Of a DNA stretch of 13,038 bases, positions 1 to 7,838 are shown one piece after another. Where the stretch lies: positions 1-13,038 of the IMG/VR virus record IMGVR_UViG_2149837021_000077, one strand, 5' to 3'. The stretch's first letter is position 1. Each line of letters starts with the position of its first letter. The notes under the pieces are model-generated. The model was not told where the DNA came from. It did no database searches and saw nothing but the letters and a program-made list of their open reading frames with translations. A program made the translations under genes and the position numbers. This stretch comes from a virus.

Positions 1-29
1 TTAATAAATAAAAATATTATATTTGTGAT

Positions 30-191
30 ATGGAAAGTGATATTAAAGAAACAATAAAACAAACAGAAGAGTATATTAAAGAATTGGATAAATGAATGCT
101 CGAATGTAAAGAGGCTACTAAAAGATTTGGTGATATTATAGACAAAGTATTAAAAAATAAAGATTATATGTTTATTTCTAAATTTGATTAA
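30..191 (+). CDS. small hypothetical protein, 53 aa if the TGA at 93-95 is read as Trp (otherwise 21-aa and 31-aa fragments)
   Basis: ATG 30-32 and TAA 189-191. The in-frame TGA at 93-95 is followed directly by ATG. It ends 2 nt before the next ATG. It is below the ORF-track size cutoff and has no recognisable motif. Confidence 0.3.
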
Positions 192-193
192 TT

Positions 194-334
194 ATGGATG
201 ATCATTTATTTAAAAAGCTTGAAGAACTAGAATACAGAATAGTTCAACTAGCAAACCAGAATAGAGGTTTAGTTTGGGAAGAAGTAGAAGAAATGCCAAA
301 ACCAGAAATTACTAATGCAACATATACTGATTAA
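194..334 (+). CDS. small hypothetical protein, 46 aa (MDDHLFKKLEELEYRIVQLANQNRGLVWEEVEEMPKPEITNATYTD)
   Basis: ATG 194-196 and TAA 332-334. It is tightly packed between neighbours (2-nt and 1-nt gaps). The N-terminal half looks helical or coiled-coil. Function unknown. Confidence 0.4.
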   Translation: MDDHLFKKLEELEYRIVQLANQNRGLVWEEVEEMPKPEITNATYTD

Positions 335-335
335 T

Positions 336-479
336 ATGAAATACCAAACCTATAAAGTATGTATAAATGGAGTGTATTATGTATATGTAATACCAGAAAA
401 TAGTAAGTTTTTAGTAGACTTACAAACAGGAGATTTAATACCTAAAGAAGATGATAAATTATTTGAAATGATGGAATAA
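336..479 (+). CDS. small hypothetical protein, 47 aa (MKYQTYKVCINGVYYVYVIPENSKFLVDLQTGDLIPKEDDKLFEMME)
   Basis: ATG 336-338 and TAA 477-479. It is the last plus-strand ORF before the convergent terminator hairpin. Confidence 0.4.
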   Translation: MKYQTYKVCINGVYYVYVIPENSKFLVDLQTGDLIPKEDDKLFEMME

Positions 480-483
480 ATGA

Positions 484-511
484 AAATAGGAGGGCATAAA
501 CCCTCCTATTT
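484..511. terminator. bidirectional intrinsic terminator between convergent transcription units
   Basis: Perfect inverted repeat AAATAGGAGGG / CCCTCCTATTT (484-494 and 501-511) with loop CATAAA. T-rich runs follow on both strands (tctgttt on +, TTTTCATTTATT on -). The HNH TAG stop (506-508) lies inside the stem. Confidence 0.6.
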
Positions 512-829
512 CTGTTTAAATCTTTGATAATTACTAACCGATGAATGAATAGCTTTATGACAAACTGAACATAATGTTATTAAATCTTCCAAATGTTCCT
601 GCTCATTATATAAATTCTCATACGTCTTATGATGTACCGATAAAGACCTATTTCCGCCTTCCTGAACACATCAGTTACAAGTTTGGCAGTGGTAGTTATC
701 CCGCAATAATATTTGCTCTCTAATGGCCTTAAAATCCTTTGATCTTATATATCTTTGGTACTTTAAATATTCTTCACTTCTTACTTTCTTCTTTGTCTTA
801 TGAAGCAGTTTACTTGATTTGGAGTCCAT
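506..829 (-). CDS. HNH endonuclease, 107 aa, one in-frame TGA (671-673)
   Basis: Hand translation: MDSKSSKLLHKTKKKVRSEEYLKYQRYIRSKDFKAIREQILLRDNYHCQTCN[TGA]CVQEGGNRSLSVHHKTYENLYNEQEHLEDLITLCSVCHKAIHSSVSNYQRFKQK. It has CxxC...HH...N...CxxCHxxxH HNH/zinc-finger spacing. ATG 827-829 lies 2 nt after the endolysin TAA. This is the only CDS ending in TAG. It is absent from the ORF track because the TGA splits it. Confidence 0.75.
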
Positions 830-831
830 AA

Positions 832-1284
832 TTATATAATTGTAAATTTCTGTCTTCTCTGCAAACCCTCTTTATTCTTCAGTCCTAAATGAATTCAACT
901 AGCTATTCCATTTCTAGGTTTCTCATAAATAAGTTGATCAAAATCATACTTTTCAATAGCTTCAGTAATCCAAACCTGAAATTCTTTCATTTGGCCGTTA
1001 CTTGGAATTATATCTGCTGCATATCCTGTTAGATGGGCAGATGTCAAAGATCCTCCTACAGCTTTATTAAGCTCATTACATCTATAACCTGAATTCACAC
1101 TTATTGCTGGATTCCCCAACCGATTAACATCACAATACTCTGCCCAATCACTTCTTAATGGGTCTAAAAGTTTCTCGACTAACTCTATAAGGTGTTCAGT
1201 AATCTCTTTATTTGGAGTATTATCTATCTTCTTAATAGAAGCTGTATCAGATCTTGTTAATTCACTAATAGTAAAATATTTCAT
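832..1284 (-). CDS. peptidoglycan peptidase of the M15 (VanY / L-Ala-D-Glu peptidase-like) family, endolysin, 150 aa, one in-frame TGA (895-897)
   Basis: Track ORF 895..1284 carries SGYRCNELNKAVGGSLTSAHLTGYAADI (the SxHxxGxAxD Zn motif) and FDQLIYE. Reading through the TGA gives ...NGIAS[W]IHLGLKNKEGLQRRQKFTII, then TAA at 832-834. This restores the W-x-H motif holding the last Zn-ligand His of the family. Confidence 0.85.
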
Positions 1285-1298
1285 TATTTAATAATATC

Positions 1299-1445
1299 TT
1301 TAAGCATAGTATAACGGTAAAATAAATGACATCCTGCACCAAGTGCTATGAGTACTAATGTAATCCAAAATGGAATTACTTTTACCATTAAAAATACTAA
1401 GATTATAATTACTATTGCTATTAAATATTTCATCCAATATTTCAT
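1299..1445 (-). CDS. small two-TM membrane protein, 48 aa, holin candidate
   Basis: MKYWMKYLIAIVIIILVFLMVKVIPFWITLVLIALGAGCHLFYRYYYA has two hydrophobic segments separated by a Lys. ATG 1443-1445 and TAA 1299-1301. It sits directly upstream of the endolysin. It is not in the ORF track because it is too short. Confidence 0.5.
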
Positions 1446-1448
1446 AAC

Positions 1449-2102
1449 TTATTTATTTAAAATTATACTTACTTTAATTCCTGCATCTCTTAGTTTTACT
1501 CAAGTATCAACTGGCATCTCATTATCACAATAAGATAAGCCTAAAATTCCAATATCTCTATCTTCTGATTTTAAATAGAATATTGCAATCTTATTAACAT
1601 CATTAGATTTAAATGTATAATACATTCTTCTATCTAATTCCTTTATATCTTCAACATCTCCAAATCATCCTCCTTTTTTAGATGTTTCCAATATAAATAA
1701 ATAATCAGATAATAGGAAGTCTTTATAGTGACTTGAAACTGGAGCAACTCCAGGTTCTGTTTCTTCACTATTCATAATTCCATAAGTGAATGGTAATCCT
1801 CCTAATCCTGAAGTGCCATTATGATACTCAATAACTCAAGCTCTATCTGCATTCGTATCATTTAAAAGGTCTTTAAGGATATATCTAACCTTAAGATCCG
1901 CTTCTTGTCGTATTACTTGATTAGTATTATGAACTGTTTCTATATAACTTACAACTTTATCATATATTATTCCTGGATTAGTACTTATAATTATTACATA
2001 AGAAATAAATATAAATCCAAATCCACCTTTAATTATTTCCCACAGTCCATATTTATCTACTCATTCTAATACCTTTCCAAACCAGTTTAATTTATTTTCC
2101 AT
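1449..2102 (-). CDS. N-terminally membrane-anchored protein, 217 aa, four in-frame TGA (2061-2063, 1836-1838, 1665-1667, 1500-1502); function unknown, first gene of the lysis-proximal cluster
   Basis: Hand translation: MENKLNWFGKVLE[W]VDKYGLWEIIKGGFGFIFISYVIIISTNPGIIYDKVV...NADRA[W]VIEYHNGTSGLGGLPFTYG...TSKKGG[W]FGDVEDIKELDRR...EMPVDT[W]VKLRDAGIKVSIILNK, then TAA 1449-1451. The start ATG overlaps the upstream TAA (TAATG at 2100-2104). No TAA or TAG occurs in 654 nt of AT-rich DNA. It is invisible in the standard-code track. Confidence 0.65.
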
Positions 2103-2527
2103 TACATATTATCAGAACAAGTACCCAGAGTGTTGTCTACAGCTAAATCAACTCTAACAAATACTCCAGTGCAAATATCTTTGAACTTCTGATAAAATGG
2201 AGTAAAAATTAAAGGATAAGAAATATCAACTTCTGGATATTGGTTATTAAATCGGTTAATTATATTAGTTAATGCTAATATTCCAGCTGATTGCTCTTCA
2301 AGCTGATTATTATCAGTCTCATCCCATCTTGCTATAAAATAGAGATTTAAAGAGTAAGTAATAGTATCCTCATCCATATTAAATGTATTTGGAGTTATAT
2401 AAAATACATTATATTCAATAGTTGGGATACTATTAAGTTCATATATATCCTTACTTCCTACAAAATTAATATTGGGTTCTTCAAGAGCACAAGCTTTTAA
2501 ATTGTTTATTAATTCAAAATACGTCAT
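2102..2527 (-). CDS. hypothetical virion protein, 141 aa (possible neck or head-tail joining component, by position only)
   Basis: This is track ORF 2102..2629 trimmed to the ATG at 2525-2527 (MTYFELINNL...), which lies 1 nt after the upstream gene's TAA (2529-2531). The 34-aa N-terminal extension would overlap the upstream CDS. TAA at 2102-2104. Confidence 0.6.
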   Translation of the reverse strand: MTYFELINNLKACALEEPNINFVGSKDIYELNSIPTIEYNVFYITPNTFNMDEDTITYSLNLYFIARWDETDNNQLEEQSAGILALTNIINRFNNQYPEVDISYPLIFTPFYQKFKDICTGVFVRVDLAVDNTLGTCSDNM

Positions 2528-2528
2528 T

Positions 2529-3212
2529 TTACTTACTCTTTTTATTGTTATCACTTGAAGGGAAATCATAAGCTCTTTGCAGAGGACCTTCACAAGAATT
2601 ATATCTCCAACCTTTACCTCTAGCTCCACCTAACCAAATAGTGCAAGATGAACTTGAATACATATTTGGATACATATCTTTAAGAGGTTTATAAGAATAC
2701 AATTCAGGAAAATCATTATAATATGTAATTACCCAATTTTGCAATCTAGTTTTAAAGAAATCTGCTTTATCTCTATAATATTTCTTAATAAGATTAACTT
2801 GGCTAATATCAGAAGTTAAATCTTTCTCATCATCAGTCCTCATAACCCCAAAATTACTCAGCTTAAACGAAATAGGTATAGTAATCTCACTTAATACTTG
2901 ATAAAGTAAATAAGGCTGAATATAGTAATCTAGCAATTCTTTATATCTATGATTTTCTGGGTCATCTATTGAAGTAGGATCATAAATAGGAGGTTCTATT
3001 GGATGAACTGGTTTATTTGGATCTTTTCAATCAATTACTAATTTCTGAATCTTTTCTAAGAGCTTAGTTCCAATTAATGACTGAAGCTCAATATCTTGTG
3101 CAAGTTTAATTGCTGACTGAAGATATTTACCAGAAACATTATTGTCTAAATTGGATTCTGATTTTATATAATCTTCAGATATTAATAGTACATTTCTATA
3201 ATTATTTTCCAT
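2529..3212 (-). CDS. head-tail adaptor/connector-like protein, 227 aa, one in-frame TGA (3027-3029)
   Basis: Track ORFs 3027..3212 and 2529..2936 are in the same phase. The 90 nt between them translate without a stop (...KLVID[W]KDPNKPVHPIEPPIYDPTSIDDPENHRYKELLDYYIQ...). The M at 2936 in the track is an internal TTG (Leu). The start overlaps the portal stop (TAATG at 3210-3214). The function call rests on position after portal and an N-terminal ISEDYIK...AQDIELQSLIG pattern recalled from gp6-like connectors, which is weak evidence. Confidence 0.55.
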
Positions 3213-4294
3213 TATTCAACTTGTTTAGTATCAGCTTCATTAAGGCTAAATGGTGAAATTGTGATTGAATTCTGCATTCCAAAGATCTTATCAAATGAAT
3301 CACAAATCTCTTTCTGAATAGGTCTAATCATAGTTCTATTATAAAGCTTGAATGAAGATTCAAATTCTTGCTCATTAAAACCAGTTGAATCTGAGTTAAT
3401 TCCAAATAAGTTAGGATTAGCTCTGAAGGCACAGAATATTTGATCTCTGGTTCTCTCAGATAATGATTGATATTTCTCATCAAAATCATCAGAATCTAAT
3501 CTTTCAATAGTAGTCTTATTTGCCTCATCTGCATTATATGAAATCAATATTCTGCCAGCATTCTGATAACCAGAGAACTTCTCATTAATATTCCTCTCAA
3601 TCTCCTCTCTAATTTCATCTGTAGGTTCCCCATTATTAAAGTTAATAATAAGATTACCCATAAATCCATTATTGATGTTATTTAAATGGAATTCATTAAT
3701 ATTTTTCTCAGTTTCACAAGATAAAATAGCAGCTCCATAAACAGGAATAGGATATACTCCTCTTGTTATATAACCTTTATTATAAAATATACTAGCTGGA
3801 TTTTCATCCCCAGCTCCAAATTTTGGATATTTTATAGCTTTTACAGACCAAGCTGTCCAATCAGTTGCATAATATAATATATCATTCTTTTCGCTTGACC
3901 TTACATTCATAAAATCAATATGATATATCTCTGCAACTCTTCCGAGCATATCTCTAATTACTTGGATAGCATAACCTCCAAATATCATCTTATCAATAGT
4001 GATTTTTCTCATTATATCAACTATTGTTTCACCTTTCTTGTTTACAACTACTTCAAATCCTGGAGCATTACATTTAACATCGTTACCAACAATAAAGTCA
4101 GCAGAACCATTAATAATGGATTGGAGAGTGGCAACATTTAAATATAAATCCCATAGATATAATGGATATTTGTTATCTTCTCCCCACATTACATAATCTT
4201 TTCCCCTCACTTTAGTTTCTGTAGGTAATACGATATTACTTGCAATAAATGGATCAATAGCACTTAACTGAACTTTTGTTTTATTTTCGCTCAT
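3212..4294 (-). CDS. phage portal protein (HK97/PF04860-like), 360 aa
   Basis: Its layout matches portal family architecture as I recall it: WGEDNKYPLYLWDLYLNVATLQSIINGSADFIVG, GGYAIQVIRD...EIYHIDFMNVR, YPIPVYGAA, NGFMGNLIINFNNGEPTDEIREEIE...FSGYQNAGRILISY, DDFDEKYQSLSERTRDQIFCAFRANPNLFG, LYNRTMIRPIQ. It contains no TGA. Confidence 0.8.
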   Translation of the reverse strand: MSENKTKVQLSAIDPFIASNIVLPTETKVRGKDYVMWGEDNKYPLYLWDLYLNVATLQSIINGSADFIVGNDVKCNAPGFEVVVNKKGETIVDIMRKITIDKMIFGGYAIQVIRDMLGRVAEIYHIDFMNVRSSEKNDILYYATDWTAWSVKAIKYPKFGAGDENPASIFYNKGYITRGVYPIPVYGAAILSCETEKNINEFHLNNINNGFMGNLIINFNNGEPTDEIREEIERNINEKFSGYQNAGRILISYNADEANKTTIERLDSDDFDEKYQSLSERTRDQIFCAFRANPNLFGINSDSTGFNEQEFESSFKLYNRTMIRPIQKEICDSFDKIFGMQNSITISPFSLNEADTKQVE

Positions 4295-4673
4295 AACTTA
4301 CGTATGTATTAGGTTTGTCGTATTGATAATTATTATTCTCATAATCTCCAATTCTTATTAATCCTGTTCCCAATATAGGTATTGGTTTACCAGCAACTAA
4401 TATCTGAGTACCATTAGTAAGAGTATTATTATATGTAACCAGAATAACTGGATTGCCATATAACTCTGATCTAAATGGATTGTTTACATCAACTATAACT
4501 TGAAATTTATTTGGATTAGTAAATAAAATATATTGATATTCACCGTCTCTCATTCCTTCTTGAAGTGTAATATCAAACTTATAGTAGATATTCTCAGAAT
4601 AATTCTGATTTTCAAGATTAAATGTATAAACTTCTTTAGTAGTTGTATTTTGCATTAATAAAGTATAATTCAT
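4281..4673 (-). CDS. hypothetical protein, 130 aa
   Basis: Intact ORF ending in TAA that overlaps the portal start by 14 nt. It is the first gene after the 4750-4775 terminator hairpin. No recognisable motif. Confidence 0.55.
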   Translation of the reverse strand: MNYTLLMQNTTTKEVYTFNLENQNYSENIYYKFDITLQEGMRDGEYQYILFTNPNKFQVIVDVNNPFRSELYGNPVILVTYNNTLTNGTQILVAGKPIPILGTGLIRIGDYENNNYQYDKPNTYVSYERK

Positions 4674-4737
4674 ATTTTACAGCAATTTACATTAGTTTTA
4701 CATATCTTTTTCTTAAAATATAAACTAATTTACTAAT

Positions 4738-4775
4738 GTATTAAAATAATTAAAGGAGACCTAAGCCTCCTTTAA
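4738..4775 (-). terminator. intrinsic terminator downstream of the fibre locus
   Basis: Minus-strand transcript has TTAAAGGAG-GCTTAGGT-CTCCTTTAA (9-bp stem, 4750-4775) followed by TTATTTTAAT. It lies in the 153-nt intergenic gap 4674-4826. Confidence 0.5.
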
Positions 4776-4826
4776 TGTCAAGTTTTTTACTCACTCAAAG
4801 TACTAAGAAAAAATAAAAACTGACAA

Positions 4827-5849
4827 TTAGTTTGAACTTGCTAAAGTTCAGTTTTTAGATGCAGCTAATGATTTCTGTTCCTCAGTAAGTGCATTATAAA
4901 CATCTGCTGCAAATTGAATGGTTTGAGATACTTCTCCTGTTAAATCAGCAGCTTTATTTAGAATATTATCAATAGTCAAAGAATTAAGACTTGGCAGTTT
5001 ACTTAAATCTAAATACGTTTTTAACCCTACTATTCCTCCCATATCAGTTATATAAGTATTATCGGAAGATCAGCTATAAAATGGCCAATTAGAAAAGTTT
5101 TGTCCTGCTGCACTTATACTTGTAACATCTCATTCAGGAAGTTCAGTTATATTATCAGGTAATTGTTCATAGAATCCTCCTATTTCCATATTAATTACAT
5201 TACCCGTAATATTAAACTTCATAGTTGGTAATATTGTCACTCTATCTTTTTGAACTCCAGTAAACATACCAGACATATGAATTGAACACCTTGGTCTAGA
5301 ACTATTAAACTCAATTTCATTTACATTAATAACAGAGTATGCAAAAGTATTGGTAAAACTAGAATTACCATTCTCTTCAATAATAAATTTTTGAATTATT
5401 GGAGAACTGTCTTGTATTTGAGTATTATAAAAAGCAAAGTTAGCACTGCTACAATATATTTCTGCTGGAAATAAAATATCAGAACATTTGATTTGATAAA
5501 AAATATATTCTAAATCATAATTCAAAATATTAAATGTGCTATTTAAATTTATTGTTATGCCCTTTAAATTTGCGTCTTGAAAAAACCATTTTGTAGAACT
5601 AGGATCATCAAATGAATATGTAACATTATCATATTGCTCTTGTGTCATACTAGAATATGCAAGTGTTAATCCATAATCATTTAAATTAATCTTTCCTCCA
5701 CCACCTCCAGAAATCTGTCCTATCTTATCTGCATAGCTTCTAAAGGTATCTGAATCTGATACAGCAACACCTTTAGCTACAATAGCATCTTTAATGGCAC
5801 TCTTAGTACCTTCAAGATACGTTAATTTATCAGAAATTGTATTTGCCAT
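4827..5849 (-). CDS. tail fibre / receptor-binding protein paralogue 3, 340 aa, three in-frame TGA (5130-5132, 5070-5072, 4848-4850)
   Basis: Track ORFs 5130..5849 and 4848..5042 are in phase. The joining segment reads ...ELPE[W]DVTSISAAGQNFSNWPFYS[W]SSDNTYITDMGGIVGL... and the tail reads ...EEQKSLAASKN[W]TLASSN, then TAA 4827-4829. The N-terminal DKLTYLEGTKSAIKDAIVAKGVAVSDSDTFRSYADKIGQISGGGGG is typical of phage fibre N-termini. The C-terminal module is shared with the 6716 and 10464 genes. Confidence 0.7.
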
Positions 5850-5850
5850 A

Positions 5851-6474
5851 TTAGATTACTTCACCATTAATTGTATCAAGAGTAGTTGAAATATTACCAA
5901 TCTGAGCTTGAATTGCTGAGATTTCTCCATCTAACTCTGTCATCTTTGTATTATATGCATCTGTAGTTACATAGTTTGATAACTCACTTTTATCTGCTTT
6001 AAGTGCAACTTCATCTTTAGTAGCTAATCCAGATACATCAGGAATCTTATTCTCTACAGCTGTAAGTTCTTCTTTAGTAGCAAAATCACTAGTATCAGGA
6101 ATTTCTGCTTTAGTTGCATAATTACTTAAATCTACAGATAGTTGCAAACCTTCTCCATTTCTATGTAAAGATAGAGGTTGATTAGCTTGGAATACTTCCC
6201 CTTTAAGATTAGTAATCTCAGTATTAATTGGAACAAGCTTAGCATCTCTAGATTGATCTACTAAAGGAGGAACTTGATCTTCAATACTTTCTGTTACTTT
6301 AGTATTAATTAACTCTTCTGCTTTCTCTTCAGAAATGTAATTACCTTTAGGTTGGAATCTTTCATCTGCTTCAATCTTAGTATAAGAACCAACAGGAAGT
6401 TGTCCAGATTCAATACCACATTTCTTACTTACATAAAAAGTTTGTGTATTTTTAGTGTTCTTAAGTATAATCAT
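5851..6474 (-). CDS. coiled-coil tail fibre protein, 207 aa
   Basis: It has repeated xxYATKxE(L/V)-type heptad-like motifs (LSVDLSNYATKAEIPDTSDFATKEELTAVENKIPDVSGLATKDEVALKADKSELSNYV). It shares LSVDLS(N/T)YAT with the 800-aa fibre. It is tightly packed (TAA then ATG on both sides). Confidence 0.7.
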   Translation of the reverse strand: MIILKNTKNTQTFYVSKKCGIESGQLPVGSYTKIEADERFQPKGNYISEEKAEELINTKVTESIEDQVPPLVDQSRDAKLVPINTEITNLKGEVFQANQPLSLHRNGEGLQLSVDLSNYATKAEIPDTSDFATKEELTAVENKIPDVSGLATKDEVALKADKSELSNYVTTDAYNTKMTELDGEISAIQAQIGNISTTLDTINGEVI

Positions 6475-6476
6475 AA

Positions 6477-6713
6477 TTATCTAACTTTTATTGATTCCTC
6501 ATACTCTTTAGAAGCTTTAATAGCTAATTCTTTATATTCAGCATCCTTATCTAAAGAGACTTCTGATAGATGCTCTAAATAGCAACTTAAAGGACAGATA
6601 CATTCAGTAAATGAACTGTATAATTTAATATCCATTCCTTCTTTATAGTTAGTAAGTACATAACCTTCTTCTGGACTAACTACTTTATATTTTTCTTTAA
6701 TTTCAATTTTCAT
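6477..6713 (-). CDS. small fibre-associated protein, 78 aa, paralogue of 10243..10464 (possible fibre chaperone or adaptor)
   Basis: This is track ORF 6477..6740 trimmed to ATG 6711-6713 (MKIEIKEKYKVV...), 2 nt after the upstream TAA (6716-6718). The core PEEGYVLTNYKEGMDIKLYSSFTECICPL aligns with SDEGYFITSYKEGDDIKEYSASTILYCPL of the other copy (16 of 29 identical by hand). Confidence 0.6.
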   Translation of the reverse strand: MKIEIKEKYKVVSPEEGYVLTNYKEGMDIKLYSSFTECICPLSCYLEHLSEVSLDKDAEYKELAIKASKEYEESIKVR

Positions 6714-6715
6714 AA

Positions 6716-7837
6716 TTATGCAACTCGATTTATACTTCAATTCTTTGAAGCTATTAATGATTTCTGTTCACTTGTTAATTTATCATATGCAGTAGATTTG
6801 AATGATATACTTGTATAAGAGGCTACTGCTGTGCCAATAGATTCAGCTATAGTTTGTAATGAATCTGTAGATAGATTTGGAGATTGTGCAAAATAAAGAA
6901 CGCCTCCTTTAGTTAAACTCTCTCCTAATCCATTTAAAGCTCCTACAGTTACTAATTCTGGACAAGATGCCGCAAAACTAGTACAATCTGTAACAAGATG
7001 GCAATCTATTTCTGGTGTAGCTATTAACCTACTACAAGTACTAAACATATAGCTTATATCTGTAATTCCAGTAAAGGTAAAATTACTTGGAATAGTTGTT
7101 AGATATAATGCTCTATGAAACATATGATTACAATCTCCTTTAAATGGAATATTAATCGTTATATTATCTATATTAGTAGCTCCATCACTAGTTTCTGCAA
7201 ATGCCCATTTTGGATCTACTAATACAAGATTTTGAAAATTATTCATTACAGAGAAATCATTATTATCTATTTTTACTCCAATAAATAAATAATTTGCACT
7301 TACTTCTTTAGTAGTTGTAGGTATTTTAACATTAGATAAAGTAGCACTATGTATTATTTGACCCCAAAATTGAGATTCATTAGCCCATCGTCCATATGCT
7401 TCATTAAGATTAGTAATCTCCTGGTTATTTAGATCAAAATGAGATGTTTTAAAAAACCCTCCTTTTTTACTTAAATCTCCACTATTTAACTTTACATCTG
7501 CATATGTTTGAGCAGAACCTATAATACTACAAAGAGGTACACCATCTATATTAAGGGCTAATTCACTTAAATCAGCAGTGAAGCTAATTACTGTAGAATT
7601 AGAACCAGATCCTCTACCCATTCAATCCCTTTGTATATCATTTATAGTTCCATCATAACTGCTAAATACATAACTGCAAGGATCAACTATTGTAGTACCT
7701 TGAGGAACTGGATTAGCAACTGTAACTATTTGTGGATTACAAGGATTGATAGGCCAGACTTTGGTACTGCCGACATAAATAGCAGTACCTTGTCTGTCGC
7801 CTACATAAAATGTTTTTAAATCATCTCTAATATTCAT
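6716..7837 (-). CDS. BspA-like leucine-rich-repeat tail fibre / receptor-binding protein paralogue 2, 373 aa, two in-frame TGA (7622-7624, 6737-6739)
   Basis: Track ORFs 7622..7837 and 6737..7621 are contiguous and in phase (…DIQRD[TGA]MGRGSGS…). The tail reads …SEQKSLIASKN[W]SINRVA, then TAA 6716-6718. LRR-like repeats are present (CNHMFHRALYLTTIPSNFTFTGITDISYMFSTCSRLIATPEIDC...). The N-terminal FYVGDRQGTAIYVGSTKVWPI is fibre-like. The 5' boundary is less certain because the TGA is followed directly by ATG. Confidence 0.65.
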
Positions 7838-7838
7838 A

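Noticed and set aside
1-57. Open frame from the window start to TAA at 55-57 that could be the end of an upstream plus-strand gene
   Set aside because: It covers 18 codons with no start visible, overlaps the ORF starting at 30, and cannot be evaluated.
1348-1533. Plus-strand ORF of 61 aa from the track
   Set aside because: It lies antisense to the holin-candidate and 217-aa genes. Its product is low-complexity and I/T/K-rich, as expected from the reverse frame of AT-rich coding DNA. It has no coupling to neighbours.
2528-2629. 34-aa N-terminal extension of track ORF 2102..2629 (and similarly 6714..6740 for ORF 6477..6740)
   Set aside because: The extensions overlap the 3' ends of the upstream genes. 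The internal ATGs at 2527 and 6713 sit 1-2 nt after the upstream TAA, matching the packing seen throughout the operon.
3920-4196. Two overlapping plus-strand ORFs (3920..4141 and 3999..4196)
   Set aside because: They are antisense within the well-supported portal gene and are shadow ORFs.
4776-4781. TTGACA (minus strand) as a sigma70 -35 box, plus near-matches to the Bacteroidota TAnnTTTG motif in the gaps 4674-4737 and 11418-11460
   Set aside because: No acceptable -10 element lies at the right spacing, because the spacer runs into the terminator stem. The TAnnTTTG candidates are one base off. I do not call any promoter.
6352-6582. Plus-strand ORF of 76 aa
   Set aside because: It is antisense and spans two minus-strand genes, with no independent support.
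7631-7819. Plus-strand ORF of 62 aa
   Set aside because: It is antisense to the N-terminal domain of the 6716..7837 fibre gene.
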